NCBI GenBank assembly: GCA_964291315.2
Contig: OZ219753.1
Location: forward strand, 2,144,001-2,208,000
Source of the DNA: Candidatus Poribacteria bacterium
Lineage (GTDB): Bacteria; Poribacteria; WGA-4E; WGA-3G
Length of the DNA stretch: 64,000 bases
Direction: 5' to 3'
This document shows positions 1-9,985 of this stretch, piece after piece; the first letter of the stretch is position 1; each line of letters begins with the position of its first letter. A program made the translations under genes and the position numbers. The notes below the pieces were generated by a model, which was given only the letters and a program-made list of their open reading frames with translations, did no database searches and was not told where the DNA came from.

Positions 1-1278
1 ACTTGAAGAATCACGGTGTGGGCAGCCCGGACAGAAGGTAGGCGTGCGTTGCGGGATACCAATCTGCCGTTCGGAGGCCTGTTTTTGGATTTCCTCTTCA
101 CGGGCGAAGTGTTCAGTATCAATAGATGTCGTTGTCTTGCTGAGACGGTTTTTGAGGAGTGGAATAAGTTTTTGAATGAGAATAGAGGCATCTAAGCCAG
201 AAGCTACTGGCACCCCTGGTAGGCCGTTGGGAAACTGTTTTCCCCAGACGTTCACATACTGCTTGATGGCACCGCTCTGATACATTTGCATGAGAAGTGC
301 CTTGATTTCGTTTTCCAAGAGAGGCCGTTTCTCCTCAATAACGTAAATTTCATCGACCTGCCCTGCAAATTCTCGGACAATGTCAAGGTCAATCGGATGT
401 GTCATACCGAGTTTGAGGATTGGAATATTTCCGTGTAAGTTCAACTCTTCGAGGGCGTGGAGGAGACAACTGTATGCTAAGCCTGTACTGACAAATCCGA
501 TCAGGTGTTTTTTTCGGGTTGAATTATTCTGAAGAAACTGGATTCTGTTGAGGTTAAGAGCGCGTGCTGTTTCAAGTGCAGCAGGTAACCGTTTGCGTAA
601 CGTTTCGAGCTCAATGCCGGATGTATGTGGCGGTAAGACGACGCGCTTATCCGGATCAACGTTTTGGGTATTAAGGTTAATTTGCTTTAAATTGCTAACG
701 TCAGGATAAATGTTAGGACGTAGCTCGACGTTACCGCCGCCGCTTGCCTGATTTTCAGTTGTTAGATAGCAAACGTAGAGGTTCGCAGCGGCGGAAATTT
801 GGAAAGCACAGTCGATCCAGTCCTTGAGTTCCTGAAATGTACTGGGTTCAAGGAGCGGAACATAGACGTGGCGAGCCAAAAACCGGGAGTCCGCTGGCAC
901 TTGTGTACTATGCGACCATGTATCATCGCCGACAACAACAACAGCTCCCCCGGTTGTTCCGGCGAGATTGCTGATTGCAAGTGCATCGGAGGCAACATGC
1001 AAACCAACACTTTTCATAAAGGCAATCGCGCGCAGGTCGGCCATCTGTGACCCGTTCAATCGAGCGATACTTAACGCCTCGTTGTTGGCTATTTGGGCAA
1101 CAATCCCATTGATTTTCAACAATTCAGCGTTACGCTCGATAACGTCAAATACTTCAGCAAGGGGAGAACCAGGGTAACCGGTGAGAAGACTGATCCCGCT
1201 TTCCAGAGCGCCTTTGACTAGCAGTTCGCAGCCTGTATAGACATGTGTTCCGCTGGATTGTGTGAACCTTTCATCCAT
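1..1278 (-). CDS. iorA: Indolepyruvate ferredoxin oxidoreductase alpha-type subunit (3' end runs off the window)
   Basis: Not in the ORF track because it is truncated. Manual minus-strand translation of both ends, from ATG at 1278: MDERFTQSSGTHVYTGCELLVKGALESGISLLTGYPGSPLAEVF...NNEALS...FMKSVGLHVASDAL...GDD..SHSTQ; at the window edge RTPTFCPGCPHRDS. GYPGSP and FCPGCPHR are IOR motifs. Confidence 0.85.
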   Translation of the reverse strand, partial: MDERFTQSSGTHVYTGCELLVKGALESGISLLTGYPGSPLAEVFDVIERNAELLKINGIVAQIANNEALSIARLNGSQMADLRAIAFMKSVGLHVASDALAISNLAGTTGGAVVVVGDDTWSHSTQVPADSRFLARHVYVPLLEPSTFQELKDWIDCAFQISAAANLYVCYLTTENQASGGGNVELRPNIYPDVSNLKQINLNTQNVDPDKRVVLPPHTSGIELETLRKRLPAALETARALNLNRIQFLQNNSTRKKHLIGFVSTGLAYSCLLHALEELNLHGNIPILKLGMTHPIDLDIVREFAGQVDEIYVIEEKRPLLENEIKALLMQMYQSGAIKQYVNVWGKQFPNGLPGVPVASGLDASILIQKLIPLLKNRLSKTTTSIDTEHFAREEEIQKQASERQIGIPQRTPTFCPGCPHRDSSS

Positions 1279-1391
1279 TTTTTTTATCCTTTAACTCAGC
1301 ATAGGGATCCGAAAAGAATATTGCAGCAAGATTTCTGTAACAACGATATGGTGTTACGTCTAGGTTCCAAAGCTCATGAGGGAAGGATGCC

Positions 1392-3113
1392 CTATTTTTC
1401 AGCCAATAATTCCCGTGCATGTGCAAGTCCAATTTCAGTTTCTTCGCTGCCGTGCATTCGGGCGATTTCGTTAATTTGTTCTTCCGGTGTCAGCGGTTTC
1501 GCTGTAATCAGGGTCTGCGCGCCGCCCACGACCTTCTTCTCTACCCGGAAATGTCTATCTGCAAAACGGGCAATCTGCGGAAGATGGGTGATACAGATCA
1601 CTTGTGCGAATTCAGAAAGTTCTTTCAACTTCTTACCGACGACATTGGCTACTTTGCCACCGATTCCACTATCGATTTCGTCGAAAAGAAGAGTCGGAAT
1701 TTCATCTGCTTGCACCAGTACCGTCTTCAAAGCGAGCATAATGCGCGAGATTTCGCCGCCCGATGCGATCTTGTTAATTGGGCGTGCTTCGGAGCCGACA
1801 TTCGGTGCGATCAAGAACTCGACAGCATCCATCCCGTGAGAACGGAAGCCGTAACGCTTGCCATCTATTTGAAACGGGCCGGTGTCCTCGGGCATATGCT
1901 CGACGGCGGCTTTAAATTCGGCCTTATCCATCCCGAGGGTACGCAACTCCTTCTCAATCTGTTTTGAAAGCTGCTTGGCAACATGCTGACGCTTTGCAGA
2001 AAGAGCACAACACAGATGTTGTGCGTCCTGAATTGTTTTGTGGATCTCTGTTTGGAGTAATTCTTGCTTTTCCGAACCGAGTTCTAATGCCTCCAATTTT
2101 CGCGCGGCTTCGGCGTGATAGGCTAATATTCCGGAGATAGAATTGCCGTAACGCCGCTTCAGTTTTGCGATAAGTGCTAACCGATCGGTAACTTCATCTA
2201 AGCGCAGGGGATTGAATTCGACCCTGTCCGTATATCGCCGGATATGTGAAGCAATATCTTCCAATTCATAGCGTGCAGTTTCCAATCGGTCATGCACTTC
2301 GGAGAGATTATCATCTAATTCGGATAATTTCGTAAGCGTTTTTGAGGCTTTTGTGAGGTTTTCCAGTACTGAGCTGCCAGCAGATGTGCCGCTTTCCAAT
2401 AGGGCATATACGTAACCGGCAGATTTTGCCAATTCTTCAGCGTTGCTCAGTATACGGGCCTCAGCGGTTAATTGTTCATCTTCACCCTCTTGGAGGTTCG
2501 CTGCGGTAAGTTCCTTAATTTCAAATTCAAGGAGGTCTTTTTCGCGATGCGAGGCGGTTAAGGTTTCTGCTAGGTCCTCCGCCTCTTTTCGTAAAGCTTG
2601 GAGGGAAGCATGCACCTTACCAATATGTTGTCTTGCCTCACTGCAGCCCCCAAAATCGTCTAAGAGTTTGAGGTGGGTTTGCGTTCTGAAGAGGGACTGG
2701 TGTTCATGTTGACCGTGAATATCAACAAGCAAAGTTCCAAGGGCTTGGAGTTGGCTCAGGTTCACCAAATGTCCATTGATTCGGCAGCGGCTCCTACCGT
2801 TCGCCCCAATTCGTCTAGAAAGAATTACTGCATCTGATGGATCTAAGACATCGCTAAAAGCGAAGTCCGTGTGCCACACTGGGTGCTGATGACAGGGTCC
2901 AACGGCTACCTCTACTTTCGCAAAATCGGTCCCTTCACGGACAACATCGGAGGAGACCCTTTCCCCTAACACCAACCCGATGGATCTGAGGATAACAGAT
3001 TTTCCGGCCCCTGTCTCGCCAGTGAAAATATTCAATCCAGATGCCAGTTCCAAGTTGAGTTCGTCTATGAGTGCAATGTTGCGGATAGAAAGTGTCTCTA
3101 TCATTTTAGTCAT
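1392..3113 (-). CDS. recN: DNA repair protein RecN
   Basis: Walker A TGETGAGKS, DIHGQHEHQSL, coiled coil, signature ASGGEISRIMLALK, LLFDEIDSGIGG, ICITHLPQIA; adjacent to NAD kinase as is typical. Confidence 0.97.
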   Translation of the reverse strand: MTKMIETLSIRNIALIDELNLELASGLNIFTGETGAGKSVILRSIGLVLGERVSSDVVREGTDFAKVEVAVGPCHQHPVWHTDFAFSDVLDPSDAVILSRRIGANGRSRCRINGHLVNLSQLQALGTLLVDIHGQHEHQSLFRTQTHLKLLDDFGGCSEARQHIGKVHASLQALRKEAEDLAETLTASHREKDLLEFEIKELTAANLQEGEDEQLTAEARILSNAEELAKSAGYVYALLESGTSAGSSVLENLTKASKTLTKLSELDDNLSEVHDRLETARYELEDIASHIRRYTDRVEFNPLRLDEVTDRLALIAKLKRRYGNSISGILAYHAEAARKLEALELGSEKQELLQTEIHKTIQDAQHLCCALSAKRQHVAKQLSKQIEKELRTLGMDKAEFKAAVEHMPEDTGPFQIDGKRYGFRSHGMDAVEFLIAPNVGSEARPINKIASGGEISRIMLALKTVLVQADEIPTLLFDEIDSGIGGKVANVVGKKLKELSEFAQVICITHLPQIARFADRHFRVEKKVVGGAQTLITAKPLTPEEQINEIARMHGSEETEIGLAHARELLAEK

Positions 3114-3193
3114 TATTGGTCATGTGCTATCGATGATCAGAGCAGAGCGGATTTTTGCTGAAAAGCGACAGCACAACACTAATAATTATTTTT

Positions 3194-4075
3194 TTATCGG
3201 TGCCTAGTACTTTCACCTAACATCAGTTTTTCCCGTAGAGCTCTGTAGTAACTATGGTGTTGTGACCGGATCAGTTGAATTGTTCGCTCCGCTCTCTCCA
3301 CTTTTATGACTGATCCTGCAGTGAGACTGTGCGTTTCACGGTGTCCATCTACGAAAACATCTACGGCCTGATATGCAGCGCGCATTTTGACGGTTATCTC
3401 CGCGCCGCCATTTGCAATGAAGGGACGAACTGTCAAACTGTGCGGTGCGATAGGTGTTAACAGAATTGCCTCCAACTGCGGTGCGACAATAGTACCTGCA
3501 CAAGCGAGCGAATAACCGGTTGAACCGCTTGGGGTTGCGATGATCAGCCCGTCGACATTATACGGGATAAATAGCTCATTATCAACATACACATCTAATT
3601 CAATAAGTTGTGTGTAGTGCCGAATGACAACGTCGTTGAGTGCAAAAGCTCGAAATGGTTTCGGGAAGTCTTGGCTGTTCACGACAACCTCTAACATCAT
3701 CCGATGTTCTATGCGATAGGCCCCGGTCAAAAGTCCTTCCAAAGTCGGATAAAGTTCGTCGAGCGAGGCATCTGTCAAAAATCCGAGGGTTCCAATATTA
3801 ATCGCTAGAATAGGTACATTCTCAATCTGTGGCATGTGTGCTGCACTGAGCAGCGTACCATCGCCCCCTAGAACAAGCATCACATCCGCTTCTTGCACGA
3901 CCTCCGCTTTGGAAATAGATGTTGCGGGGATTTTCCCCAATGCGGATGCTTGTTCCTTGAACAAGAGCGGAACAATACCGTGCTCTTTGAGCCAGAGGGA
4001 CACGCTTTTAACGACTGCTGCTGCGTTTGTCTTAGTCGTATTAACGAAAAAACCGATGCTTTTTATTTTTCTCAT
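3194..4075 (-). CDS. nadK: NAD+ kinase
   Basis: LGGDGTLL, INIGTLGFL, ALNDVVI, DGLIIATPSGSTGYSLACAG motifs. Confidence 0.96.
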   Translation of the reverse strand: MRKIKSIGFFVNTTKTNAAAVVKSVSLWLKEHGIVPLLFKEQASALGKIPATSISKAEVVQEADVMLVLGGDGTLLSAAHMPQIENVPILAINIGTLGFLTDASLDELYPTLEGLLTGAYRIEHRMMLEVVVNSQDFPKPFRAFALNDVVIRHYTQLIELDVYVDNELFIPYNVDGLIIATPSGSTGYSLACAGTIVAPQLEAILLTPIAPHSLTVRPFIANGGAEITVKMRAAYQAVDVFVDGHRETHSLTAGSVIKVERAERTIQLIRSQHHSYYRALREKLMLGESTRHR

Positions 4076-4223
4076 TTAACGGCTATCCGCTGTTAGTTTT
4101 CAGTTGTCAGTAAAACATGGGCGCTGCTGACGTTTTATCCATCACAAGCTTTTACGGTTGAAGACTGATTGCCGGCAGCTATTTTGCTGACTGCCAACGG
4201 CTGAGCATCGACAACCATCACAT

Positions 4224-5249
4224 CTAATTCTCCAAACGAGTAAAGAGAAAAATTACACCACAGCCGATGCAAAAGGCCCCCGTAGTGAGCAGCAGGTTCA
4301 TATTAAATTGCGGTAAAATATAGGCAGCATCTATACGTTCCCCATCTATCATTGCAAACTTGCGAAAGGGCCATAACCCATAAAGCGAACCAAGCATTAA
4401 TCCAATAAGGAAGGCAATTGTCAAATTGCGATAGCGCTCTAATAGATAGTTGAGCAACCGCGTGAAAGCGAGAAGCCCGAACAAGCAGCCGAGCGCTGTA
4501 ACCGTGACTATTAGTAGACTCGCTAGCATCGAGGGTTCTAAAACACCGCTGATCAATTTTGGAACACCTTCTACCACAGTGTTTATTGCTGTTAGGAGCC
4601 GAAAATAGACACCTAGGGCAAGCATCAGAAACGAACCGCTGACACCGGGCAGTATCATCGCCGAAATAGCCAGTGCGCCGCTCCCAAAGAAAATTCCGAG
4701 ATCCCAATGTGTTGGAAAAGCGGGGCCTCCGCCACTGTCATCTACCGCGATGTCATTCCGTGATTGATGCGTAATTTGCTCTAATTGCCTCTCGTTCATA
4801 CTGATAGAGAGGCTTAGGACGAGCCCAACAGCAATCAGCAGTACAAATAATTCTCTTATACCGCATCGTTTTAGCATTCGCGCGGGCACAAGGATAGAAG
4901 TGAGAATCAGCCCACTGAAGAAGCCGTAAGTAGCATCATGGTGGTTGTTCAGCAAATAGACAATTAATTTCGATGTGAGCAAGACAGCCGCTACGGCACC
5001 TGTGCCTAAGAGCGTGAGAAAACTGAAGTCGATCCGGTGAAGTTCTATTTTTGCAGCTATGAAGGCTCTTTTTTTTAAGCTGACTACTCCGATCAAATTC
5101 TTTACTGTTGAAATCCCGATGCTCCGTAATGATCGGATGAGACGTTCATAGATGCCTAAGACTAGCGCAAGTGTTCCGCCACTCATACCGGGAATGATAT
5201 TGGCAATTCCTATCAAAAACCCGTAAATAGAAAGCCGGAGTGAATTCAT
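4224..5249 (-). CDS. DUF368-family membrane protein (putative undecaprenyl-phosphate recycling flippase)
   Basis: Repeated PG(M/V)SG(G/S) motifs (ANIIPGMSGGTLALVLGIYERLI; AMILPGVSGSFLMLALGVY) and many TM helices. Start chosen at ATG 5249 rather than the ORF-track start 5297. Confidence 0.88.
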   Translation of the reverse strand: MNSLRLSIYGFLIGIANIIPGMSGGTLALVLGIYERLIRSLRSIGISTVKNLIGVVSLKKRAFIAAKIELHRIDFSFLTLLGTGAVAAVLLTSKLIVYLLNNHHDATYGFFSGLILTSILVPARMLKRCGIRELFVLLIAVGLVLSLSISMNERQLEQITHQSRNDIAVDDSGGGPAFPTHWDLGIFFGSGALAISAMILPGVSGSFLMLALGVYFRLLTAINTVVEGVPKLISGVLEPSMLASLLIVTVTALGCLFGLLAFTRLLNYLLERYRNLTIAFLIGLMLGSLYGLWPFRKFAMIDGERIDAAYILPQFNMNLLLTTGAFCIGCGVIFLFTRLEN

Positions 5250-5439
5250 GTTTTTATAGTTATCAGTTAGAATCAACGCCGAATGCGCGTATAGCACTCA
5301 GTGGGTTATCAGTCAAGAAGTTATTTCAGTAGGTCAGAACATCTTTAAGCAGTGATGGATAACCCCTAAAATCTTTCTCATATAACTGTGGAGCCCAAAA
5401 TTTACAAGAGTCCACATTCCTCGGAGCGGTTTAATATGG

Positions 5440-5563
5440 TTAACCTCATTGCCATATCGGGGCTGGATCGGTAGCCCCTTCTACAACACTCAATTTCAAG
5501 CCTGGACTTCTCTCACAGCTATTCTGGACTCGTTGTATACCGGTAGCAGCAAACACATTTCAT
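5440..5563 (-). pseudogene. Possible decayed glycosyltransferase family 2 N-terminal remnant
   Basis: Minus-strand fragments read LLLPVYNESRI and, in another frame, VVEGATD, resembling GT2 PxYNE and VVDDGSTD; interrupted by frameshifts and stops; lies just downstream of a consensus promoter. Confidence 0.35.
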
Positions 5564-5575
5564 AGCTTTTGGTAT

Positions 5576-5604
5576 ATTATACTACAAAAATATTTTTCTG
5601 TCAA
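5576..5604 (-). promoter_or_regulatory. Sigma70-type promoter upstream of the DUF368-nadK-recN-iorA gene run
   Basis: Minus strand TTGACA-17 bp-TATAAT, exact consensus. Confidence 0.7.
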
Positions 5605-5890
5605 ACGGTTATCTGTCGAAAAACATGTAAATACTTTGGCAACGGACAGGTGTCAAAAAGCATGACTTTACTTCATGAGCAGAGCGGCAAAATTATGAAA
5701 ACCGCTAAAGTTTTTGCTGGTAGCCAATAGTTCCTAATTTTAGCGCGATCCTGATAATCATTGGATTCACCTTTAAATAAGGAGATCACTGACAGCCGCC
5801 GGGGCTTACCAGAGGAGAAATGAATTTCCACTTTTTCCATAGGTGTGATATACTGAAGTAAACTCTCACTACACTAGGGTAAAATTGCTT

Positions 5891-6811
5891 ATGAATTTTC
5901 CGATGCTGTCAGAGGCGAAACGTCTAGAGATGCTCCAACCTCCAACCGGGAAAGTGAGGATGGTTCTTGACACTGACACCTATAATGAAATCGACGATCA
6001 GTTTGCAGTTGTCCACGCGCTGCTCTCTCCGGAACGCCTCAACGTTGAGGCGCTGTATGCTGCCCCGTTCCACAACAATCGCTCCAATAACGCTGAAGAT
6101 GGTATGGAGAAAAGTTACGACGAAATTCTTCGGCTTCTGGCTCTGCTGGACGTTCCTGCTGCTGAATTGGTCTACCGCGGTTCCAGAACGTTCCTCTCCG
6201 ATAAAGCGGACCCCGTGCCGAGCGATGCCGCTACTGACTTAATTGAACGGGCTCTGTCAAGCAGTGAAGACCTGCTCTATGTGGTTGCTATAGGAGCAAT
6301 AACAAACGTCGCTTCTGCTATTTTAATAGAGCCCGAAATTATCGAACGAATCGTCGTTATCTGGCTTGGTGGGAATCCGTTGTACTGGCCCCACACTCGT
6401 GAATTCAACCTTACACAGGATCTTTACAGTGCACAAGTCGTTTTGGATTGCGGTGCGCCGTTCGTTTGGCTGCCTGCACGGGGCGTTGTGTCGCATCTGC
6501 ATACAACCGTCGCGGAGGTAGAGCGTTACGTGCAGGGCAGAAGCAAAATCGGAGATTATCTTACGGAGATTTTCAAAGACTATTCTAGCGATCATTACGG
6601 TTGGTCCAAGGTGATATGGGATCTATCTGCCACGGCATACCTCGTCAATCCGTTGTGGGTTCCAACAGAAATCGTCCACAGCCCGATTTTGACAGAAGCG
6701 GTGACATGGAGTTTCGATAACAACCGACATCTCATGCGCGTTGCTTCGAGTGTCAACCGGGATGCGATTTTCCGAGATCTGTTTGAGAAATTGCAACACT
6801 ATACCGGGTAA
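5891..6811 (+). CDS. Inosine/uridine-preferring nucleoside hydrolase family protein
   Basis: LDTDTYNEIDDQFA (DxDxxxxxDD), AIGAITNVA, WLGG, EFNL..D, IWD motifs. Confidence 0.9.
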   Translation: MNFPMLSEAKRLEMLQPPTGKVRMVLDTDTYNEIDDQFAVVHALLSPERLNVEALYAAPFHNNRSNNAEDGMEKSYDEILRLLALLDVPAAELVYRGSRTFLSDKADPVPSDAATDLIERALSSSEDLLYVVAIGAITNVASAILIEPEIIERIVVIWLGGNPLYWPHTREFNLTQDLYSAQVVLDCGAPFVWLPARGVVSHLHTTVAEVERYVQGRSKIGDYLTEIFKDYSSDHYGWSKVIWDLSATAYLVNPLWVPTEIVHSPILTEAVTWSFDNNRHLMRVASSVNRDAIFRDLFEKLQHYTG

Positions 6812-7096
6812 CGAGGTAATAGCGGGTGCGGTTCGAAAATCTCGACTACCAAGGGCGGCGGTGAGGATAGATTCGGTTCGAAGGGATCGAAGGGACTGTC
6901 GATTCTGATCAAGATCCTCATGAGCGAAGTAGGCATGCTGAGGCGCTTTGCAGTCTGTTGTCAACAGTATTTTACCAATCACATTCAACGTTTTCGATGA
7001 ATGTGCGTCTAATATATCAACAAAATTTAGTAATATTCCGTATATTTAGCGACTTTATCAACGGAAAAGACAACGTCTGATATTCCGACAGAAAAC

Positions 7097-9862
7097 ATGC
7101 ATAATTTCATAACGATTCTTAACACTATCCGCCGCCCCTTCGACCAAGAACTTCGAAAAGGGTGTCAAGACAATGTTGTTGTCAACGGGTTAGGAAATTA
7201 TGTGCAGCTATGGGTAAAAAATGGAGGCACTGTTGCCTTAGAAACAACCGAAAAAGAGGTGTTAAACGCCTTAGCGTCTCTCTTTAAAAGTTATGCAGAC
7301 GCTTCCCCGGATGAACGACAACGCAAGCTGTCAGAAGCAGCCAAACGTATTGATACAGTACTGGCACACAAGCAGCAGGGATTGAGAAATAAGGAGGCTG
7401 TTGAAGTGCCCCGCGCGCCGTCCGTTCACCGGCCAACAACGCAGCGGACACATCAGGATCAGAAAAAGAACAGACAGGAGATACAGCCTCTTTTTCAGGA
7501 AAGAGTAAAGCTTCCCAAACAGGAAACAGCAGCGGAACCTACGTCGCAGAGGTCGGTTACAGAGCCGCTTCCGCTTCTCCAAAGTGCGGAGCTGCTTCCG
7601 GTGCAAACAGAGCAGGCTTCTAGCGGAAACCCGTCAGCAGCTGTACCTATCTCAGATATTCCTGTTTTAACGGATCTCGCCTCGCTTGATTTTTTATCCG
7701 AATCGATCCAGTATCTCAAAGGGATTGGCCCCCGTCGTGCAGCACTGCTCTTAGCAGAGCTCAATATCCGGACTGTTGGTGAATTGTTGGCGTACTATCC
7801 GCGGGATTATATCGATCGATCCAATACAGTAGAGATTTATAGGGTGGGTCGAACGGAAAATGATGAACCGGAGACGATTCAAGGTAAGGTTGTTAATCAC
7901 ACTTCGTCGCCGACAGCGAAGGGCAAGCGCGTTGGTAAGATCTCAATTTACGATGGGACCGGTGTAGCCGTGCTGGTTAATTTTGGCCGGCGGATTGGCG
8001 TTATGAAGGCGCTGCTTCCTATTGATGCCGAGGTAGTTGTCAGCGGTAAGTTCTCGCGCCGTTACAACGAAATCCAAGCGACCGACTACGAGTTTGAATT
8101 ATTTGAAGAAGATAACCTGATTCACACAAAGCGGATTGTCCCGAAATATCCACTTACTGCGAAACTCACTGCGAAAATGGTTCGGGGTTGGATACGGACA
8201 GCGCTCGATGAATATGGACAACAGATTCCTGAGATCCTCCCACTTGATCTTCGGAAACGTCAAGGTTTAATAGACAGACAGCTTGCCATTAATGAGATTC
8301 ATTTCCCGACCTCGAAAGTGCATCAAGAAGCTGCGCAAAAACGCCTCGCCTTTGAGGAATTTTTTCTCCTAAGCGTCGGGATGGAGATGAAAAAAGAGCA
8401 CAAAGCTTTAGAGGCGGGCATTCCGTTTCGAATTGGAACGGGGACAGGAGATGTTTCCTCTACGCTGCTGCACGACTTCACGGCTTCGCTACCTTACGAA
8501 TTGACGGGCGCCCAAAAACGGGTTTTAAGAGAAATTCAGAAAGATATGCAGCAAAAAAAGGTGATGAATCGCCTTCTCCAAGGAGATGTTGGTTCGGGGA
8601 AGACCGTTGTCGCAGCGATGGCTCTGCTCAGCGCCATTGAAAACGGTTATCAAGGGGCACTGATGGTGCCGACTGAAATTCTCGCCGAGCAGCACTATTA
8701 TAATCTTTGCGATATGTTCAAGCATCTGCGCAGAAAAGATGCCCCAGAAGGTGCTGCGAAAATAAACGTTGTGCTTCTGAAAAGCGATCTTCGCAAGTCA
8801 GAACGTGAAGCTGCGCTAGAGACGATCGCTAATGACACTGCAGACCTCATCGTCGGTACACAAGCTTTGATTCAAGACGGTGTCAATTTCCACAAACTTG
8901 GACTGGTTATTATCGACGAGCAGCATCGATTCGGTGTGATGCAACGCGCAACGCTTCGGAACAAAGCACAACCTGTGGACGAAGCACAAAAGCATCCGGG
9001 TAACGCTGCGCCGTCGCCGGATGTCCTTGTTATGACTGCGACACCGATTCCGCGGACCCTCGCTCTGACACTCTACGGAGACCTGAACGTATCGGTCATT
9101 GATGAGCTGCCTCCGGGTAGACAGCAGATTAAAACCTATTGGATAAAGGAAAACGCTCGTAGGAAGTTATACGCTACACTTCGGAAAGAGGTTCAACGGG
9201 GGCATCAGGCATACATCGTTTATCCACTCGTTGAAGAGTCTGAAAAATTAGAAGATCTCAAAGCTGCAACAGAAATGGCATCGCACCTTCAGAATGACGT
9301 GTTTCCGAACCTTCGTATCGGTTTACTGCATGGGCAAATGAAATCCGTTGAGAAATATCAGGTGATGGAAAGATTTAAGGAAAAACAGATAGATATTCTT
9401 GTTTCAACGACGGTGATAGAGGTCGGTATTGATGTTCCGAACGCAACGTTGATGGTGATTGAGAATGCAGAACGGTTTGGGCTCTCACAGCTGCATCAGT
9501 TGCGTGGACGCGTGGGACGTGGCAAATATCAATCGGCATGTTATCTTGTTGCTTCGCCGAGAGGGGACGACTCCTATCAACGGATTCAGGCGATGATTCG
9601 CACGAACAACGGTTTTCACATTTCAAAAGCGGACCTAAATATTCGGGGGCCTGGCGAGTTCTTTGGTACCCGCCAATCAGGTATACCGAATTTTAAGATT
9701 GCAAATATTATCCAAGACACCTCTCTTCTGGAAGCCGCGAAAAAAGAGGCAGAATTATTAATCAAAACCGATCCAGGATTAGATGCCGACAACCATCAAC
9801 TCCTGAAACGGATGTTACAGAAGCATTGGAAAGACAATCTGGACATCGCCTCGGTTGGCTGA
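7097..9862 (+). CDS. recG: ATP-dependent DNA helicase RecG with long N-terminal extension
   Basis: LKGIGP, YYPRDY, RLAFEEFF, RLLQGDVGSGKT, DEQHRFGV, MTATPIPRTLAL, QLHQLRGRVGRG, RGPGEFFGTRQSG. Confidence 0.97.
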   Translation: MHNFITILNTIRRPFDQELRKGCQDNVVVNGLGNYVQLWVKNGGTVALETTEKEVLNALASLFKSYADASPDERQRKLSEAAKRIDTVLAHKQQGLRNKEAVEVPRAPSVHRPTTQRTHQDQKKNRQEIQPLFQERVKLPKQETAAEPTSQRSVTEPLPLLQSAELLPVQTEQASSGNPSAAVPISDIPVLTDLASLDFLSESIQYLKGIGPRRAALLLAELNIRTVGELLAYYPRDYIDRSNTVEIYRVGRTENDEPETIQGKVVNHTSSPTAKGKRVGKISIYDGTGVAVLVNFGRRIGVMKALLPIDAEVVVSGKFSRRYNEIQATDYEFELFEEDNLIHTKRIVPKYPLTAKLTAKMVRGWIRTALDEYGQQIPEILPLDLRKRQGLIDRQLAINEIHFPTSKVHQEAAQKRLAFEEFFLLSVGMEMKKEHKALEAGIPFRIGTGTGDVSSTLLHDFTASLPYELTGAQKRVLREIQKDMQQKKVMNRLLQGDVGSGKTVVAAMALLSAIENGYQGALMVPTEILAEQHYYNLCDMFKHLRRKDAPEGAAKINVVLLKSDLRKSEREAALETIANDTADLIVGTQALIQDGVNFHKLGLVIIDEQHRFGVMQRATLRNKAQPVDEAQKHPGNAAPSPDVLVMTATPIPRTLALTLYGDLNVSVIDELPPGRQQIKTYWIKENARRKLYATLRKEVQRGHQAYIVYPLVEESEKLEDLKAATEMASHLQNDVFPNLRIGLLHGQMKSVEKYQVMERFKEKQIDILVSTTVIEVGIDVPNATLMVIENAERFGLSQLHQLRGRVGRGKYQSACYLVASPRGDDSYQRIQAMIRTNNGFHISKADLNIRGPGEFFGTRQSGIPNFKIANIIQDTSLLEAAKKEAELLIKTDPGLDADNHQLLKRMLQKHWKDNLDIASVG

Positions 9863-9985
9863 TTTCATTAATTTAAAGGGATGTCCAGATTGAATCAGAT
9901 AGTAATATCAGACCCTAGGTTTCTGTGATCAGACCCGCTCAATGTCTCCGTTGACGTAGAATTGTGCTCCGCTTGATCTATAGAT

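Noticed and set aside
762-1839. Short plus-strand and alternative-frame ORFs over iorA/recN, and similar shadow ORFs across the window
   Set aside because: They overlap well-supported genes on the opposite strand or frame and have no motifs.
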